Below, one piece after another: positions 61,220 to 64,000 of a stretch of 64,000 nt of DNA (positions within the stretch are counted from its first letter, which is position 1; every line of letters starts with the position of its first letter). The notes below the pieces were generated by a model. It searched no databases. It had not been told where the DNA came from and saw only the letters and a list, made by a program, of their open reading frames with translations. The stretch is from contig NW_025963791.1 of assembly GCF_023055435.1 (NCBI RefSeq), positions 7,440,001-7,504,000 on the forward strand, given 5' to 3'. The DNA is from Haliotis rufescens (taxonomy: Eukaryota). A program made the position numbers and the translations under genes.

Positions 61220-63001
61220 GTAATTTAAGCGTTACTTCGAACTAGTATCACGAAAAATACAACTGCACATTTTCATTGTGATTTTTAAAGCGGATGCACT
61301 CACTCCAGTTGTTTTTCCCATGCTTCCGATGTTGGAAACGTGTCTCGACAAATCTTTTTGACAGTCAACGACGAGTTTATTTAAGTTTGAACTTTGCTCT
61401 AAGGTCTGTCAAAATGATGAGATTGCACTAATTGCTATTTGTTTTTTTAATACCTTGAAAATAGGTATGACTGATTCTGATGTTGTTTCTGGTGACGTTT
61501 TGAACAGGTGAAATGCTGGACCAACATAAAAACATGAGAAAGAAATCAGGTTGAAGGAAAAACGTGCAGTTATATTTATTACAGCATTTAAATGATTAAG
61601 TGTTGTTGTTGAGATTGGTTTATTACGTACATTAAACATAACGATTTTAACCTTCAAATCATGGCAGAGTAGAGGCCATATTTATATATATCGATATATC
61701 TTCAGTACCCTGTTTTAGAGTGACACCTGTTTTCAAACATCCATATTGATCGTGATTTGTCGCGTTATAACAACAGCTGTGATGTACTCAAATGTGCCCA
61801 CTTCACCAATAACTCATCATCAATAACTCTACGTAATTGTGTTATATTATTTCCATAATACACTTGTAGAGACATATTTGTGCAACATGCAGAAATCCAT
61901 GGTCCACTGACAGACCGCCATGCATACGAGTGACCCCTCTCAGGTGGTCACTTGAACGCGAGACGGGAGACCCATCTCGCGTACACGTTACGTCCTCTAC
62001 TGTTCACAGTGCACACATCAGACCTTTCAGTACTTGGTTCATGTGAAGTACAGAACAGCCCATCGTCATTCATGTTGGTACCTGTGTCATGATGAAAAGT
62101 GAAAGTAAAAAAGTGTAAAATACTCTAAAATATGTTATGATGTGACAAATATTCATATTGTGGGAATAGGTTTCAAACTTACAATTTCTTTTGGAGTTTT
62201 AATACTGACCTGCAAGAATCATGATGAGAACTGTGTGCCATACATAGCTGTTCATTCATGGAAACCCTGCTAAAGTACCAACCAATCAGGTTTCAAAACA
62301 GGTGATGTCACTCGAATGGAGTGAAAGTTTACAGACGAGGCAATGGAGGTCATGCCTTTTATCAAGAACTCATTTCCTATTGGGATTTTGCTGAATGTTC
62401 TGTTGAAGACATCACATACCAACTATGAACATGAATTGAAGATTTGATTCTTTCATCCCTCGAAATATTTGCAATCTTGTCAAACTGCAAACTGTTAAAA
62501 AATAGGGTGTGCAAGGATACTTGATGTGAAACATTGTTTCCATAACATTGGCTGTGCCATCAACAGACATACTGGTCCTATTTTCACTGTAAACATGTTA
62601 CCATGGTGAACATGAGCTCATATTTTGTACCCAAGACATTTGCTTAATTCTGCATACAACACCCTTTTGGCATGTCTGGTAGACAATTATTACTCTATTC
62701 TAATCATAGTTAAAACCTAGTATATGGGCAACATGAAAATGATGAGATCAGCATTGGTATCCACAGACCCAGTCCTCCATAGGAAAGAATAACAAGGGTC
62801 CATATACAAGCCAAAATTAGTTTCTCAGTTGGAAAATCATTTGTGAAGTTCTTTTATAGCTTTTACTCATGGTAAAGTGAAAAGCCAATGCAGTTCACTG
62901 AAAAGGGCAAATGAAACGTCTTTCCAATCACTGTGTTTGTCTGTTTTTTCCTGATCATGCTGATTGTGACCATCACTTATTCTGTTTTTGGCTTCAGTGA
63001 A

Positions 63002-63087
63002 ATGGATGACTTCAGGCAGGTGTATGTTCGTCTCTGCAAGGACAACCATGTAGAAGCCCAGGACTGTATTGTTGAGAAACTGAAAAG
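63002..63087 (+). CDS. LRRC45: Leucine-rich repeat-containing protein 45, first coding exon (gene continues beyond the window)
   Basis: MDDFRQVYVRLCKDNHVEAQDCIVEKLK resembles the recalled vertebrate N-terminus MEEFRRSYSRLC...EPQE.VL; acceptor ends at 62997, donor starts at 63088. Confidence 0.75.
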
Positions 63088-64000
63088 GTGCGTGAGAAAT
63101 TTACTCATTGATATATTTTATCACCGCAATCAGTTGGATCATTTGTGATGAAATGCATTATTTTGCCAAGAACCATTTGCCTTGTTTCCAAACCATTGTT
63201 AACCCAAAGCATATAACATTAATTCCTCCTTGTTTGGGATTAATTTGGAAGATTATCATGGTTTAAAGAAACGATAGTAGTAGCCTGATCAAAATGGCAA
63301 GTCGACATGTAGATTGCAACAGCACTGAACAATGATGAAACATCAGGAATTAATTGTCAATATCTGCTCACCACCAAAAGAAACGTGAACCATAGAAACA
63401 CGGAGAAGTATGTAAGTTAACATGGTGTAGAACAGATGTTTCCAATGTGTATCAATTAATGACAAACCTAACAATCAGTCAGTGTTACCACGGAGTGTCT
63501 TTATTCTTGTTCTAATATGCTGCACATTATTTCCCAACTTTACACACTAGTCCTGCATGAGACAAAGGTGCATCTCGAGTCATGGATCTATGACGTCACA
63601 TGTGCTGCGTTCATGAGCATCGGTTCACACAACAAACTAGTATGTTTGTTTGTGCATCAAACCAATCTGCATAATCTAATATCTCTTGAATATGAGTAAT
63701 TCTGTATATAATAACCAACATGTATGGTATTTGCATTTCTTTTGGTATTGAGTATAGTTAGTAATTGTTCAGTTGCAAGCCCTTGTAAACGGTAGTTATC
63801 ATTTTATCAACATTATCATGATTATACAAGTCTGCTTGGTCTTATTGCATTGCATAGAAAATATGTCTGCCTGTTAGCATGGTTAGTGTTAAATCAGTTG
63901 GTGTCCTAAAAAGATTTATCATTAACACAAGGCTTTAAACAATTGTGTTATTAGTATTAGCATATATACATAACAGAATGTATCAGTCTTCTTCACTGGC

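Overview
AT-rich eukaryotic genomic DNA, probably a mollusc (the repeat repertoire suggests abalone; this is inference). Left to right: (1) a young, intact Ty3/Gypsy LTR retrotransposon on the minus strand (248-9117) with a -1 frameshift signal; (2) a repeat-rich stretch of MITEs, SINEs and minisatellites that contains a 427-bp miniature LTR element (TRIM). Its 161-bp LTRs carry a tRNA-Arg-derived Pol III cassette, and it has a tRNA-Lys PBS, a PPT and a 4-bp TSD; two solo LTRs of the same family also occur in the window; (3) a complete 7-exon SGSH (sulfamidase) gene with twin M-box/CLEAR-like sites, an intron built from amplified copies of its own splice junctions, and a candidate poison micro-exon; (4) a cluster of genes I cannot assign (34-56.5 kb): two very diverged paralogues with matching exon architecture, pointing outwards, which bracket three tandem copies of a coiled-coil gene that gained an exon by intragenic duplication, four of the five starts having paired CRE sites upstream; (5) a decayed Tc1 element and the 5' end of LRRC45. 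All gene models are manual reads of splice signals; no alignment tool or database was used.
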